Part shown: positions 26,504 to 40,712 of the stretch, piece after piece | Layout: each line of letters opens with the position of its first letter | Position numbering within the stretch: position 1 is the first letter of the stretch | DNA from: Octopus vulgaris | Lineage: Eukaryota | Direction of reading: 5' to 3' | Assembly: GCA_951406725.2 (NCBI GenBank) | Contig: OX597818.1 | Coordinates: 85,560,001 to 85,624,000, forward strand | Length of the DNA: 64,000 bases | Program-made: the position numbers and the translations under genes | The notes under the pieces: generated by a model | What the model was told of the DNA's origin: nothing | Databases searched by the model: none | The model's input: the letters and a program-made list of their open reading frames with translations, nothing else

Positions 26504-26670
26504 GGTGGTGAGTTGACAGAGTCATTAGCATGCCAGGCAAAATGCTGCATTTCATCTGTCTATGTTCTGAGTTCAAATTTCACTGAGGCCTACCCTGCCT
26601 TTTATCTTTTTGGGGTCAGTAAAATAAGTACCAGTTGAGCAGTGAGGTTGATGTAATCAACTTAACTCCT
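25445..26670 (+). mobile_element. Cluster of four head-to-tail tRNA-derived SINEs (head H2) separated by (ATT)n, with a minus-strand LINE remnant at ~25860-26150
   Basis: Recurring aggcggcgagctggcagaa...ttctgagttcaaatt...gactttgcctttcatcctttcggggtcgataaa..aagtaccag consensus at ~25445, 25613, 26208 and 26503. Confidence 0.8.
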
Positions 26671-27280
26671 TCGCGAATCAAATTTGCAGTATGTTCTTCA
26701 AATTAAACAATGAGCTGTGCTTCTATATTATACACATTTATTTCAATTAATTGTTGCAAATGATAAACATTAACTTTGAAAACCAGCAAGACCATCAGCC
26801 TGTAGCTAGGATCTGAGTTTTCTTTTCATCTCTGTAATGTGTATTTTTTACCTAAAATAGAAATTAAACACCCAGTATACTCTGTAAAGGAGCTGATTTT
26901 AGAAATTTTACCGAAACAGGCATTAGAAACCAATGCAGCACCTCAAGACTATTGGATCTTCTCAAACCATCTAGTCCAAGCAAATATTGAATGCAGAGGT
27001 GAAATGATGATGATGATGATGTCAATATTGGAAGAGGGCTGATAGTTAGAAGACAGTAACTGAAGTTATTGTTATTGCTGTTGTGGATATTTCTGTAGTT
27101 GCAACTTTTGTTGTTGATGTTGTTTTTCCATGCAGTATTTTCAAGAGAGAATAATGGAATACTCTGGATTAAGTTGCTGCCTGGCTTTCTTGAAGGGGAC
27201 AAAGGAGAATGTGGAAATTTAAGCCAAGGGATAAGATTACAGACTATAAAACGCACGCACACACACACACATATACCTTC

Positions 27281-27311
<31 letters not shown>

Positions 27312-28676
27312 AGCATTGAGAGGAAACATTCTATCATTTTACATATAGAATCTCCATTATTCTAAGACCCAAGCATCCATTGCATGAAGCATGTTCGTGA
27401 TCAAATATGAAACAGTAGGACTAAAGAATTAAGTTTTAAAATAAAAATCAGGACACAAAGGCGCTGATATAGTTAAAATAAGCAGAAAAAACAGCACACA
27501 GAAAACTCACACACTCACATACATACATACATACATAAACACATATGCACACACATTCTTAAAAAAAAAATATTTGTGGAATAGGTCTATATGATACTTT
27601 CGGATTCGTCTTTTTTTATTTATGTTAGAAAGTCTTGGTTTTCTGTCCGTGCTTTGGTTGACAAATGGTTTTAATGGTAAACTGGGTTGTTGTTTACTCT
27701 TCTCATCAATTTACCATTTGCTATTATTACTATTGTTGTTGTTGTTATTTTGTAAATCTCATCACTGTTTTTAGTTTGTGTGTATGTATGTGTAATATAT
27801 ACATACACTCTGACACAATGTCTTGTTTCTCTTTCCCTCATTTCACACACATACACATGTGTGTATGTTTGTGTGTAAGTATATATAGTTTCATTTTCTA
27901 CCACTTCATGTTTTTTTAATGCGTTTGCTGTGTATTATTTCATTGAAATTTCATCAACAATTCTTTATACTTCTAACAACTTCTTTCCTTCCAGTCACTT
28001 TGTCTTTTTCTCCTTTCTTTCTCTCTCTCTCTTCCCTCTCTCCTTGTCTCCATCTCTTTCTCCCCTTTATCTCACTCTCTCCCTTTCTCACTCTACTCAT
28101 CACTTCCCCTCTCTCTCTTCTCACCTCTCTCTCATACCCACTCTCTCTCCATCTCTCTCTCCTTTGCCTCTATCTCACTTTCTCTCTCTACCCACCACTT
28201 TCCCGTCTCTCCTTATCTCTCTCTCTCTCTCTTCACCCAATCTCTTTCTCCTCCTTTTTCCATGCTTCTCTCTCTCTTTCTCTCTCTACCCATCACTTTC
28301 TCTCTCTTCCCATGTCTCACTTTCACACTCGCTCGCTCTCTCTCTCTCTCTCTCTTTCCCCCATTTCCCCCCTCTCCCTCATCTCTCTCTCCCCCTCTCT
28401 CTCCTATCAATTGGCCTATCCAAGATATTCTATATTTGTTTATTTTAATTCTTTCAAGTTCTTTTTCCTCCAATTTTACTCATTGTGTTTTCATCCTTTT
28501 TCAGTTTTATCTTTGACTTTTTATAGTCTTCCTCCTACAATATTTCTATCTCCTAATTCAAATCTTCTCACACTTTCTCTCTCTCTCTCTCTCTTTCCTT
28601 CTTGGAGGAAGATAGAGAATTTCATGAACACAAACACACGCACACACACAGATGCATGCACAGTCTCACACAAACA

Positions 28677-28823
28677 CTCCTACTCTCATACATACAGACA
28701 CCTCCTACTCTCATACACACACACACACACCTCCTGCTCTCATACACACACACACACCTCCTGCTCTCATACACACACACACACACCTCCTGCTCTCATA
28801 CACACACACACACACCCTGCTCT

Positions 28824-28861
<38 letters not shown>

Positions 28862-28880
28862 GCTCTCATACACACACAAG
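28677..28880. repeat. Minisatellite: (ct)cctRctctcata + variable (CA)n, 7 units
   Basis: Direct inspection. Confidence 0.85.
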
Positions 28881-28981
28881 CATATACTAATACATGTTTC
28901 AAACTCACTGACACACAGTAACACGCATACGCATGCATCCATACGCAGTCACGCACACAGATACTCAAAAACTCTGTTATG

Positions 28982-29044
<63 letters not shown>

Positions 29045-29503
29045 AATGTCACTAAAGGGAGAAAAAGAGTAAATGAATAAATGCCCTGCTGTCAGAAAAG
29101 TGTTACATTTCAGGGAGGGAATCCTTTTAAACATGTCCTCCATATCAACCACAAAATCAACATTGTTTTCTACAGCAGCGACATCAGCATCATTATCAGC
29201 AACAGCAGAATTGTTGGTGTTGGTGGCGTCGGTGGCACCAGTAACGAAATCTGTGAAGACAATGAATGAAATAGAACCAAATAAATTAAGATGAAGAAAG
29301 CCTTGAAATGTAATTTAAAATATACAAACATATTCTATTGTTGTGAGAGGTTTGTGTGTGAGTGTGTGTGTGTGTGTGACTGTGTGTGTGATAGTCAGAT
29401 ACATTTGTAGAAAGTCAATTACAACAATGCCTGTACTTGTATATGAGTATGTGTGTGTATATAGATGTTTGTATACATGTATGTCTATAGTTTTATGTAT
29501 AAA

Positions 29504-29558
<55 letters not shown>

Positions 29559-29561
<3 letters not shown>

Positions 29562-29930
29562 TGTGTAGTAAGGAGTTTGGTTCTCAACCACTTGTTTCTG
29601 AGTTGAGTCCCATCACATGGCACTTGAGGCAAGTACTTTCCACTATAGGCTCAGATTGAGCAAATCCTTGTGAGTGGACATGATAGATGGAAACTGAAAG
29701 AAGCCTTCCTATATGTATATGTGTGTGTCCTTGTGTTTGTCCCCACCACCACTTGACAGCCAGTGTCAGTCCCTGTAACTTAGTGGTTCACCAGTAAGAG
29801 AATGATACAATAAGCACCACATTTATTTTAAAAGAAAGTACTGGTGTCAATTTGTTCAACTAAAACCCTGCTAGGTAGTGCCCCAGCATGGGCACAGTTT
29901 AATGACTGAAACAAGTAAAAGATAAAAGAG
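29559..29930 (+). mobile_element. Composite SINE H1 + T1
   Basis: Head 29559-29710, short TG linker, T1 tail ending actgaaacaagtaaaagataaaaga. Confidence 0.75.
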
Positions 29931-31418
29931 AAAGGTATGTATGTGTGTATGTATATATGTATAGCCATTCCTGTATGTGTATATAGCCATGTATGTATGT
30001 ATGTGTATATATATATATAACCTTGTAAGCACAAACATGCTTTTCTTGGACCTTTTCCCTTTGCTCTGGCTCTTTCCTCTTTCCTTACTAATGAAGGGGA
30101 AGTGTTATACACCCACTCACTTTTTCATCTTATACTGAGCATCAACCTAAAACATTCCATGTGTATGTCCTTTCGACTTTTGTTGTTTTGTTATTTAAAA
30201 ATTTTTCATTTTGTATTTGCCTATGTGTGTGTGTGTATACATGCATACACACACACACACACTTGATGAATGAGTAAAAACATTTTACCCAACATGTTAA
30301 GAACTCTGCCAGCTCACTCTCTAAATAATAATCAGGGAGTCTCCTTTCATAGTTGACTGATGAGGGTTCCACAACTTGTTGAACAATCTGAACAGTTGAT
30401 TTGTTTATAGTGATCAAATGTTTCTGCTGTACATTCACTCACTCCCTCCAACAAATTGACATTGCTTGTTTGGGTGCAATAATAATACAACATAAATATG
30501 ATATATAATTATAATAATAACTCACATCCTACACCATATGCTTTCACATCAATAGCACAACTTATACAGCATACTGTCTGCATATAACACAAAATTCCAC
30601 CCGTTAAAATAACAAAATACATTTTCCTAGGTAATTAATACTCTCATCATAACACCAACAATTTACATTTTACATCGTGGCCACCCAGTAATATAACACG
30701 TCCCTCTCAGTACATGCCATCATTTCAACATGAATTTCAATAAACAACATCTAAGAGGGGAACACGTAACACCACTATGAAATACAAATATAACTCAACA
30801 AAATAACATAACTCTCATTGTATATGGTCGATATATTTATATAGTAGAAGAAACATGATAAAAACACCATAAACAATTAACTATATCTAACAATGTAGCA
30901 AAACTAATGCTGTATACAACCACACCTCACATTGTTCCCCATAGATGGTGGTGTAAGCACTTTTGGAGCTGAGGAGTACATTTCGTGGCGCAGTAGAAAT
31001 TTTCCTAAAAATTGTTGAAAATATGATGATGATGATGATAATACTAATAATTATAATTGTAATCTTTGGCCCAAAGCCAGCAATTTTCAAACGATGTAGA
31101 AGTTAACTACACCAACCCCAGTGCTCAACTTATTTTATTGACCCTGGAAAGACAAAGCCAACCTGGATAGAATTTTGAACTCAAAACGTAAAGGCATATG
31201 AAATGATTCTAAGCATTTTGGCTGGCATGCTAATGATTCTGCCCGCTTATTACCTTACTAACAATAATTCTTACTGATGTAGTCAACAAGGACTGAAGTT
31301 TTAGAGCAGAGGGCTTGTTGACTACATCAGTCCAAGAGCTCTGCTGGGACTTTATCAACCTAGAAAGGACAAAAAGGCACCTCAGTAGAAATTAAACTCA
31401 CTCATATGCACATATACT

Positions 31419-31464
<46 letters not shown>

Positions 31465-31519
31465 TGACATATATAATATGTATAATATATATACACGTAT
31501 ATGATATATATAATATATA

Positions 31520-31985
31520 GGCACAGGAGTGGTTGTGTGGTAAGAAGCTTACTTCCCACCCACATGGTTCTGAGTTCAGTCCCACTGCATGGCACCTTGG
31601 GCAAGCGTCTTCTACTATAGCCTCAGGCTGACCAAAACCTTGTGAATGGATTTGGTTGACGGAAACCAAAAGAAGCCTATTGTGTATGTATGTATATGTA
31701 TATATATATGTCCCACCCATGCTAGCATGGAAAGCAGACATTAAATGATGATGATATGTATATATATATGTATGATATATACACATGTGATATATATATA
31801 TACATACACATATGCACACACACATATGATGGGCTTCCACACAGTCTCTGCCTACCAAATTCACCTACAAAAGTTTGGTCTGCCTTGAGCTATAGTAGAA
31901 CACACTTGCCCAAGGTGCAATGCAGTGGGGCTGAACCTGAAACCATATGGTTGCTAAGCAAGCTTCTTAACCATACATTCATGTG
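31520..31985. mobile_element. Two H1 SINE heads in inverted orientation (31520-31682 +, 31830-31985 -)
   Basis: Mutual reverse-complement similarity; short RTE-type 3' end at 31714-31755. Confidence 0.75.
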
Positions 31986-32352
31986 AGACCTTCCTTTAAT
32001 TTGTAGTCTGGCATCCTTGGAATTTTTTTCTTCCCATATCTGAATATGCAAACAGAACAGGGGATATTTACTAGCTTTTCCGATGAACCAGTATATTTCC
32101 CAAGTCATGTTTAGGAAGTGGTGATAGAGATGGATGGGAGCTCTACTTTTTCTTCTTCATTTAGGGTTTTTTGAAGAAATAGCCTTCTTAACCTCCTTAT
32201 TTTTCATTTAAACACAAGACAGGAGAAAAGAAATTCTTTGGTCAGTGTCAGACACAATAAATTATTTTCATCCAACAACATTCTGACTCTCCAAGAAAAA
32301 TCTTGATTGACAGTAATTGTATACATATATATACACACACATACACAGGTGT

Positions 32353-32389
<37 letters not shown>

Positions 32390-33951
32390 GGTAAGAGAGC
32401 CTCCAGACAGATGGCATTCCTTTGGGGATTCCAGTGTTGTCACGGCAACCAATTGTAATGGTCAAACAGTGTCCAAGTAATATAATATTCGGACATTGGC
32501 TTTGATGCCATGACATGACACGACACGTCGTTTTGACAGAAATGAAAACCGTACAAAGAGATAAAAGAAAAAAATATGGTAGAGATGGGGATAGATAGAT
32601 GGATGGAATATGTGTATGGATGTGGAGAGGTTTAGATATATAGATGGAATAGTGAAAGGCATGGAAGTGTCTGGTGGGGGTATAGACTCATCAGGAGAAA
32701 TTAATTATTTGGACTGAACTGGATGGCAAATTACTTTTTATGGTCAGTGATGGTCGGTCAGTCAGGCCTGTGGTCTTTGCTGAATATAACCTCAAGCCAT
32801 CATCAACCATTTGTCATTTGACTGCTTTGTGCGTCATTACCCAATGACCAGAAAACTGCAAATTGAACTAGGGGATATCTTGCCATTGTCCCTTCTACTA
32901 CTGATCTTGGTCTACTCCGCTTCCCACCTCCTCAGACAACACAGAAATTAGGTGATTGGTTAGTCAATTGGTAGATTATGTGTCTGTGGTTGCTTGTGTG
33001 TTAGTTGGTGCAGCTAATGTAGTGCATACTGAGCTGTGGGCATAGAGGTGTATAAATTGGCTGGGGAGGCTGCAATCAAATTTCCCTCAGTACATTTACA
33101 CATGTATACACACGCATATTCTATCGGCCCTTTATGAATAATATATATATATATATATATATACATACACACACACACATACATACACATATACTCCTGT
33201 TTTAAGTTTTATTTTCCTGTTTGCATTAACAAACCTCCTCCTGCCACTCTGCATATATGTGTGTTTGTGTGTGTGCGCATGTGTGTATATACTCAAATTT
33301 TTATTTGTATATAAGTATATTTTATAATAAAAGTCACACAAAAACCATGTGAAATTCTGTTACCCAAGCTTTCCTGGCTGAAATATTAAATTTATTTTGC
33401 TATTTCTCAAGCTGTTAATGTCAAGTGGGTTAACAACTCCTGAGTAGCTGAATTGTATATGGTTTTTGAGCAATTTTTATTAACTTCTTTAGTCTCCTAA
33501 CTGATCAACTCAGGTGTGTGTGTTTGTGTGTGGTGGTGGTGGTGGGGAGTCAACTGAGTACTTCTTGGACACTGGCAGCACTTCTTAAGGAGCAACACTA
33601 ATGGAGGCTGATGCCTTGTGGATTCTCAAAGAATCACAACTGCTCCTGTCTATGCTAAACTTACTATGTATGCAAACACATATGTATACATACATTAGTT
33701 TATAACAGACAAATGAGAGAGGAGTGTTTAATGTGCGTTGTAGAGGCTATGGTTTTCTTTTTATTGAAATTGAATTTTGATACGCAAGATAAACTCTGTT
33801 TCAGTTTCATTAAGATTTTAAAAAAACATGTGTATATATACATATATATATGTGTGTGTGTGTTTGTATATATGTGTGTGTATATGCGTGTGAATATATG
33901 TGTGTGTATATATATGTTTATGTTAAGTATATATATGTGTGTGTGTGTGTG

Positions 33952-34032
<81 letters not shown>

Positions 34033-34927
34033 ATTGAATGTTGGCTCAGTACCATAGTAGAGATTAATATGATTATTTTGAGCAAGTCAGCCTTTTACTG
34101 CTCTGAGCTTCACCTGCAGATGCACAGAGTCTTCAAGCAAGTCACAACTTACCTGAAAAACCTGTGCACCCACAGATGAGATAACTCAGCTAGCAAGAGA
34201 CTGATTCAGCCAAAACAACACACATGCACATGCATGAGTGTTGAAAATCTGCTTCAACAAACCCTGTCTAACTCATGCAATGTTAGAAAGTAAACATTAA
34301 ATGATGATGTATGCATATATAGTTGTGTCTACATAGGAAAAAGTAATGATGCTGAATTCTGAAAAACCTTGCTTCTGTTTCTTGATGGAATTTAATCTAT
34401 TGGTTATTTTTTGAAGTTTTTCAAATAATTCTTTGCTTTCCTCATTGATATACAAGTGTATCATGATGATAATTGATTGGTGATCTGCAGATGCACAAAG
34501 TTGAGAAGCATTGTTTTCCGGGTACTTGTGATATCTAGGTGTGTGGAGCAGAATGTGTTTTCTGGAGAAGAGGTGTTGTTGGCTTCATGAGTTATATATG
34601 TTTATGTGGATTATTTTAGGCTGTAAAGGGAGTGTAGGTGTGAAGATATTACTTGTGTTATCTGTATTATTTAAATACCACGATGTGTTGAAGTTTTCCC
34701 TCAAAGAGGATGTTTGGGAGTGTTCAAATGTTGTAGTTGAAGCATGCAACCTGGTGAGATGGTTGGTGCCAAAAGCCTGCATTTCTAATATAGGTGTCAT
34801 CTTTTTATTTATGAATATGTGTCCTGCATACATAATTTTACATGTGTTATGCAGTCTCAACTGTTGTAAAAAGGCATTTCTAATCTTCTGTTTAAAGTAT
34901 TAGGGATATGTAGTCTTCTGTTTAAAG

Positions 34928-35179
34928 TAGTTATTTTCAATCAGGGTCTATATGGACCTTGGGAGTCCGTATAAGATTTTGTTAAGAAATTTATTGCACA
35001 TAAATTTTATACGCTTACAATTTATAAAATATTAAAAAAAATTTTTATACAATTCCTAATAATATGTAATTATAAAAATTCAGTTGGATGTTTTTTATAT
35101 AGTGAATGTCTACGGAGGTCCAGTAGAGTAAAATAGGAATCAAAAGGATCTGTGGGCAAAAAATAGCTGAGAACTACTG
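34928..35179 (-). mobile_element. hAT (Charlie-like) MITE
   Basis: Homologous to the 18687 copy; TSD gtttaaag/atttaaag. Confidence 0.75.
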
Positions 35180-35519
35180 ATTTAAAGTGATAAAATTGTC
35201 TCCTGGATTATTTTTTGTTACATTAATGCCAGTGTGTTATGATAAAATCTTTTAGTTCCATAAAAGTGATTTTTAAGCTCTTAATATTGTAATATTTAAA
35301 AATAAAAATGTTGTTGTGTTTGGGTTTTTAATGTATTCTGTGACAGTGCAAAGTGAAATGTTAATGGTATTTCTTATTTTATTATATTTTTTTTTGTTCA
35401 TGTCCTAGTTCTAATTGAGCTTTCATAAATATCTTTTATAGAGTGTATTTCATGCATATTTATGGTTTGTGTTACTCTCTGATGTTTACACATTCTGGGG
35501 GAAATATTTCTGATAACAA

Positions 35520-36153
35520 ACTTATGTGGGGTGAAGCTGTTTGATAAGAGGAGGACTGAGCTGAGGATAAGTGGAGGAAAGGCGGCGAGCTGGCAGAAAC
35601 GTTAGCACGCTAGGCCAAATACTTAGCAGTATTTCGTCTGCTGCTATGTTCTGAGTTCAAATTCCGTCGAGGTCGACTTTGCCTTTCATCCTTTTGGGGT
35701 CGATTAAATAAGTACCAGTTACACACTGGGGTCGATATAATCCACTTAATCCGTTTGTCTGTCCTTGTTTGTCCCCTCTATGTATAGCCCCTTGTGGGCA
35801 ATAAAGAAATAAGAGGAGGACTAAGGACTTGATGGAGATGCTGAGGCTGGAGGAATCAGTGGAACAACTGGCAAGGACAAATAGAGTGCAGTGGTATGGG
35901 TATGTGTTGAGGGATGAGGATCATGTTCTGAGGAGGGTGCTTGTGTTTGAGATAAACAGACTACGAAAGTAAGGTAGACTGAAGAAAAAGTGGAGGGGAC
36001 AGGTGCAGGAGGAGATTGGGAGGCTTGGCTTGAGAACAGAGGGCACTCAAAACTGGGCAAGATGGTGTGAGGGCAGTTGCTATGGCATTGAGGTAGATCC
36101 AGCCACCCCCATTAACAGGGACAAAACCTGGACTTAAAACATTGGATGATGAT
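35520..36153 (+). mobile_element. 3' fragment of a second RTE-type LINE, interrupted by a SINE
   Basis: Removing the SINE gives LCGVKLFDKRRT|KDLMEMLRLEESVEQLARTNRVQWYGYVLR...RRVLVFE...GRLKKKW; ends in gatgatgat. Confidence 0.75.
35581..35808 (+). mobile_element. Young tRNA-derived SINE (head H2, A-rich tail)
   Basis: Near-identical to 60700-60936. Duplicated ataagaggaggact at 35544-35557 and 35809-35822. Confidence 0.85.
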
Positions 36154-37936
36154 CAGCATCATCATTATTTGCCCAACATTCAAGCCTTTATCATCTCTTT
36201 TTTCTAACTTATATTCATGATTAGGCATAGACATGACTGTGTAATTAAGAAACTTAATTCCTAGCCATATGATCTCACTGCACGCAAGTGTCTTCTACTA
36301 CAGCCTTGAGCTGATGAAAGCCTTGGGAATAGATTTGGTTGAGGGAAATTAAAAAGAAACCCATCATATATATATTTGTATATAGTATGTGTGTGTGTGT
36401 ATATCCATATGTGTGCATTTGTGTTTTTTCCAACACCATTTGATAACTGGTGTTGGTTTGTTGACATCCAGTGATTTAGCAGCTTAGCAAATGAGACTGA
36501 TAGAATAAGCATCCAACTTGCAAATAAGTACTGGGGTCAATTTGGTTTTAACTAAACCCATCAAGGTGGTGCCCCAGCATGGCCACTGGATATTATCCAT
36601 TTTAAAGACAGTAGGTTGTTATTTGAAGATTTAGTGACCTGAAGCTGAGAATGGTAGGAGTGGTAGTGATTTGTTGTGTTGTTGATAAGAATATTTTGTG
36701 GTGAGGCTGTGTTGGCAGTATGGAGTATAAGAGAGAGCGAGGTGCGGGGAGGGAATGTTACCTCTCTACAGTGGACATCAATAGAACGCGACATCATTAA
36801 TGCAAAGATAGCGCCACCATTAGTACCAGCAACACCATTACTATTTCCACCACCACCATCATCATCAACCATTTTTGTTTCTTTCTCTCTTCAAATTTCT
36901 TTCTTTCACACAATTTTGAAATGAGGTATTCCATTACTAATGGAGAAAACAGCTGAAATTGGGTGGCGGGAAGGGTCTAGGAGTGACTGTGGGGAGGTGT
37001 TGATCCATTGCTGATGCTGCTGCTGTCAGGATTAACTGTCATGTGGCGAATATAGTGTTCCTGTCACGAATATAACTGTGCATGTGTGTGAATGTTTGTG
37101 TTTGTATGTGTGTTTATGCTTGTTTGTGTCTCTGTCCTGTGAATTTCTTTATTTTCATAAGCCAGTCTTGGTCATATCATCATCACCATCATCATTAGCC
37201 TTGTTAATAGCTCTGGTTGTGTTTGTTGTTGTGGCATTCATTCATTTCTTGAAGTGTCAAGTCAACGTCTTAACCACTATAGCATAAGTGTACTTATCTG
37301 CAGCAACAATATTTACTGGACATCATCATCGTCTTTAATATCAATTTCTTCGCCATTGTTGTCATTGTCATCACCGTCATTTTTGCTGTCATTAGTGTCA
37401 ATAGAGCAGTTATCACTTTCAACATCATCGTCATCCTCATCATTAATATCAATGTTTCCATCACCATTGTCATCATTATCATCATTATGACCTTCATCAT
37501 CACTGTCAATGGTGCTGGTGCAGTTATTACTGTCAACATCATTAGCATCATCATCAGTGCCGTCAACGTTTGTTATTTTACTGCTGATGTAGGTTACCAT
37601 CATTATAATTGTCAACATTATAATTATCATTATTTGTCACCACCTATAATCCTTAATAATCATTTTCATTGCTATAAACCTCATCATTATTGTTGTAGAC
37701 ACTAGATTCATTGTCATTAAATGTCTGAGACAAATTGTTATTAATAAGATTATAAATTTTCGGACTGTTATATATATATAGGCAAAGGTGTGGCTGTCTG
37801 GTACCATTGTGTTACACTCTGAACAAACATTTTTAACTATACAGCCCTGGGTTAACCAAAGGTGTTTGAGTGGACTTGGTAGATGGAAAATGTGTGGAAA
37901 CCCATTGTGTGCATGTATGTGTATATATATGTGTAA

Positions 37937-37994
<58 letters not shown>

Positions 37995-39404
37995 TGTGAA
38001 GTTGATGTGTTTTGTTTTGTTTTGTTTTGTTTTGGTGAATACTCTTCTGTAATGAATTGTGGAGTGGTGTATAGGCACATATGTGACTCTGATAGACATA
38101 GGTGCAGCTGAAAAACATTTTGGACTAGTATCTTCTATTATAGCTCCAGGCTGACCCAATGCCTTATGAGTGGATTTAGTAGATAAAAACTGTAAGAAGT
38201 CCACCATATGTGTGTGTTTGTGTGTACCCTTGTCTGGACATCACATGATGGTTATCAATGATCATCACCATCATACAAGTAAAGTTGTATGTTTCCACTC
38301 TTCCACAAAAATTATTTCTAGCTATGGTAAAAACCTTGCTTGGAAGTAAGGGTTAGCAACAGGAGGGGTATCTGGTTGCTGAAAAATCTACCTCTGTAAA
38401 TTCCGTCTGAGATATGCAAGCATGGAAATGCATGTGTTAAATGATGACAACAATGACGATGGTGTGTAAGGTAGCATGATGTTGTCTTAGTTTGATGTGA
38501 GAGTACTTATGTTATCATGTGGTGTGTTATGATATAATGTTATGCAGTGTGAGACTGGTAGATAGAAAAATATTGTATTGGATAATGTTAGTCGTTTGAT
38601 CAGCCAATCTGTTTGTCGTTTGTTGTGTGTGTATATATATATGTATCTACAAAGGTGGGTATGCACATATATACATATTTGTGTGTGTGTGTGTGTGATA
38701 TAAAGGGAGATGCATTCTTCTTTGTAAATTGTTTGCCAATGAACATAAATGCTGCGATATCACATAGGCTTCTCACTGTTTCTCTCGCAGGAAATATAAT
38801 TATTGCAATTGTGATATCAATATCAGTATGTGAGATCTGCAGCAAGCTACCGCTGGGCCTTTAAGTAGCACAGTTCATCAACAGAGAGCTTGGCCATAGT
38901 TAATGTAACCGAATTTATCATCTCAACCCATCAAAACCAATATCAACAGTTGAACGGAAATGAGATAGCTGGATCAAACAATAATGGCCATGCTGATGAA
39001 GATGATAGCAACAATAGTAGTAGTAGTTGTAGTAGTAGTAGTAGCAATATTAGTAGTAGTGGTGGTAATTAATAATAATGATGGCATCCCAGAGAGATTG
39101 CAAGATTATCTCTTTGACCCTGATCATGATGGCCATTGTAGTTGATAATGATGATGATAGTAGTGGTGATTGTAGTTGTAGTAATATAATAAAATAGTAG
39201 TAATGATACTAAGAAAAATATTAAGATTCTTATAATGGAAACAAAACAACAACAACAGTAATAATAATGATAACAACAACAAAGACAATAATAATAATGG
39301 CAACAATATTGGTCTGGAGAGATTCTGTGATCATTCTTTTTCTCTGATAATGTCACTTTCCCAATCTACCAAAAACTGTGTAGGTGTGAGTTTCTCATAT
39401 ACTC

Positions 39405-39665
39405 ACATATATGTATGTATATGTGTGTGTGTGCGTGTATGTATATATATATGTATGTATATATGTATGCATATATGTATGTATGTATATATATATATAT
39501 ATATATATGTGTATATATATGTATATATATATGTGTATATATATGTATATATATATGTGTATATATATGTATATATATATGTGTATATATATGTATATAT
39601 ATATGTGTATATATATGTATATATATATGTGTATATATATGTATATATATATGTGTGTGTATATA

Positions 39666-39696
<31 letters not shown>

Positions 39697-39731
39697 GTGT
39701 GTATGTGTATATATATGTATATATATGTGTG

Positions 39732-39768
<37 letters not shown>

Positions 39769-39770
39769 TA
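39405..39770. repeat. Compound TA/TG microsatellite with a 22-bp higher-order unit
   Basis: Repeats of gtgtatatatatgtatatatat. Similar compound tracts at 1085-1280, 24420-24660 and 43565-44310. Confidence 0.85.
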
Positions 39771-39993
39771 GCATGGAAGCGGACGTTGAACGATGATGAT
39801 GATGATGATATATATGTATATATATATATATATATATATTCTTTCTCCCTTTCACACTACAACTTTTCCGCCCCCATCTCTCTCATACACACACATGCAC
39901 ACGCTTTTTCCCTTTCACAATACAAATTTTCTTCTCCATCTATACATAGCTCTCTCTTTCCCTCACATACATGCATACTCCATCTTTACATCA

Positions 39994-40042
<49 letters not shown>

Positions 40043-40390
40043 GAAAAGAGAGTGTGAAGTACAGACTTCAAGAATACAAGACAAAGAGATCCAATGAATC
40101 ACAAAAGCTGAAATATATTTGATATTGATGATATATTTGGTACAGCACTTCATTTAATCAGATTCCCCTGAAATAATTACATAACTGGACTGTCTATTGA
40201 CTATAAGAGATCTTTTTGTCTTCTAATATCTTATCAACTTAGCTTTAAAGGATGGATGCACCATATATCAACTTTTTTAGCAGCTCTTTGGGGAATAGCT
40301 GATGTCAACTATGTAGTATGCCAACTGAAACTCTATCCAGTTGGTTCCACCCCCCAGGCTATTAACTATAGTCAGAAACTGAAGCTACAA

Positions 40391-40712
40391 AGATTTAAGA
40401 CCCCCTTCAGTCATGAATGACCCTGGGTTTCTCCTAGAATGTTACCCTCCAAGGTACAAGTCCAAGCAAAGTTGTTTATGCCAATGCATACCAGCCTCCC
40501 CTCTCCAAGCCTCTGATTTTATCCAAAAGAAAAGCAAAGGCCAATACAGCTTGGCACCAGTGACATTGTAACTCATTTTTACAGCTGAGTGAATTAGAGC
40601 AATGTGAAATAAAGTGTCTTGTTCAAGAACACAACACACATCTCGCTCCAGGAATCAAACTCACTACTTCTTGATTGGGAGCCCTACACTCTAACCACTG
40701 AGCCATCGCCAT
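40391..40712 (-). mobile_element. tRNA-derived SINE (H3-like head, different tail), reverse
   Basis: Minus strand gatggctcagtggttagagtg...gagtttgattcc...ttcttgaacaagacactttatttcac matches the 11082 head; the distal tail is unrelated. Confidence 0.65.

Noticed and set aside
27919-28890. Longest ORF in the track (323 aa, L/S/H/T-rich)
   Set aside because: Translation of (CT)n and (CA)n tracts with no domain or codon signal. The same applies to the YIYI/VCVC ORFs (e.g. 39350-40097, 43517-44406).
30352-30410. CTGATGA-GGGTT...AATCT-GAAC motif
   Set aside because: GAAC instead of GAAA, with no stem I or III; at best a heavily decayed relic.
32665-32700. Minus-strand CTGATGA-GTCT...AGAC hammerhead-like start
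   Set aside because: No GAAA after stem II and no stem III.
37294-37630. Asp/Asn-rich minus-strand ORF resembling an acidic biomineralisation protein
   Set aside because: Degenerate (ATC)n microsatellite open in several frames; no splice or signal-peptide evidence. Likewise the Thr-rich ORF at 44393-44803.
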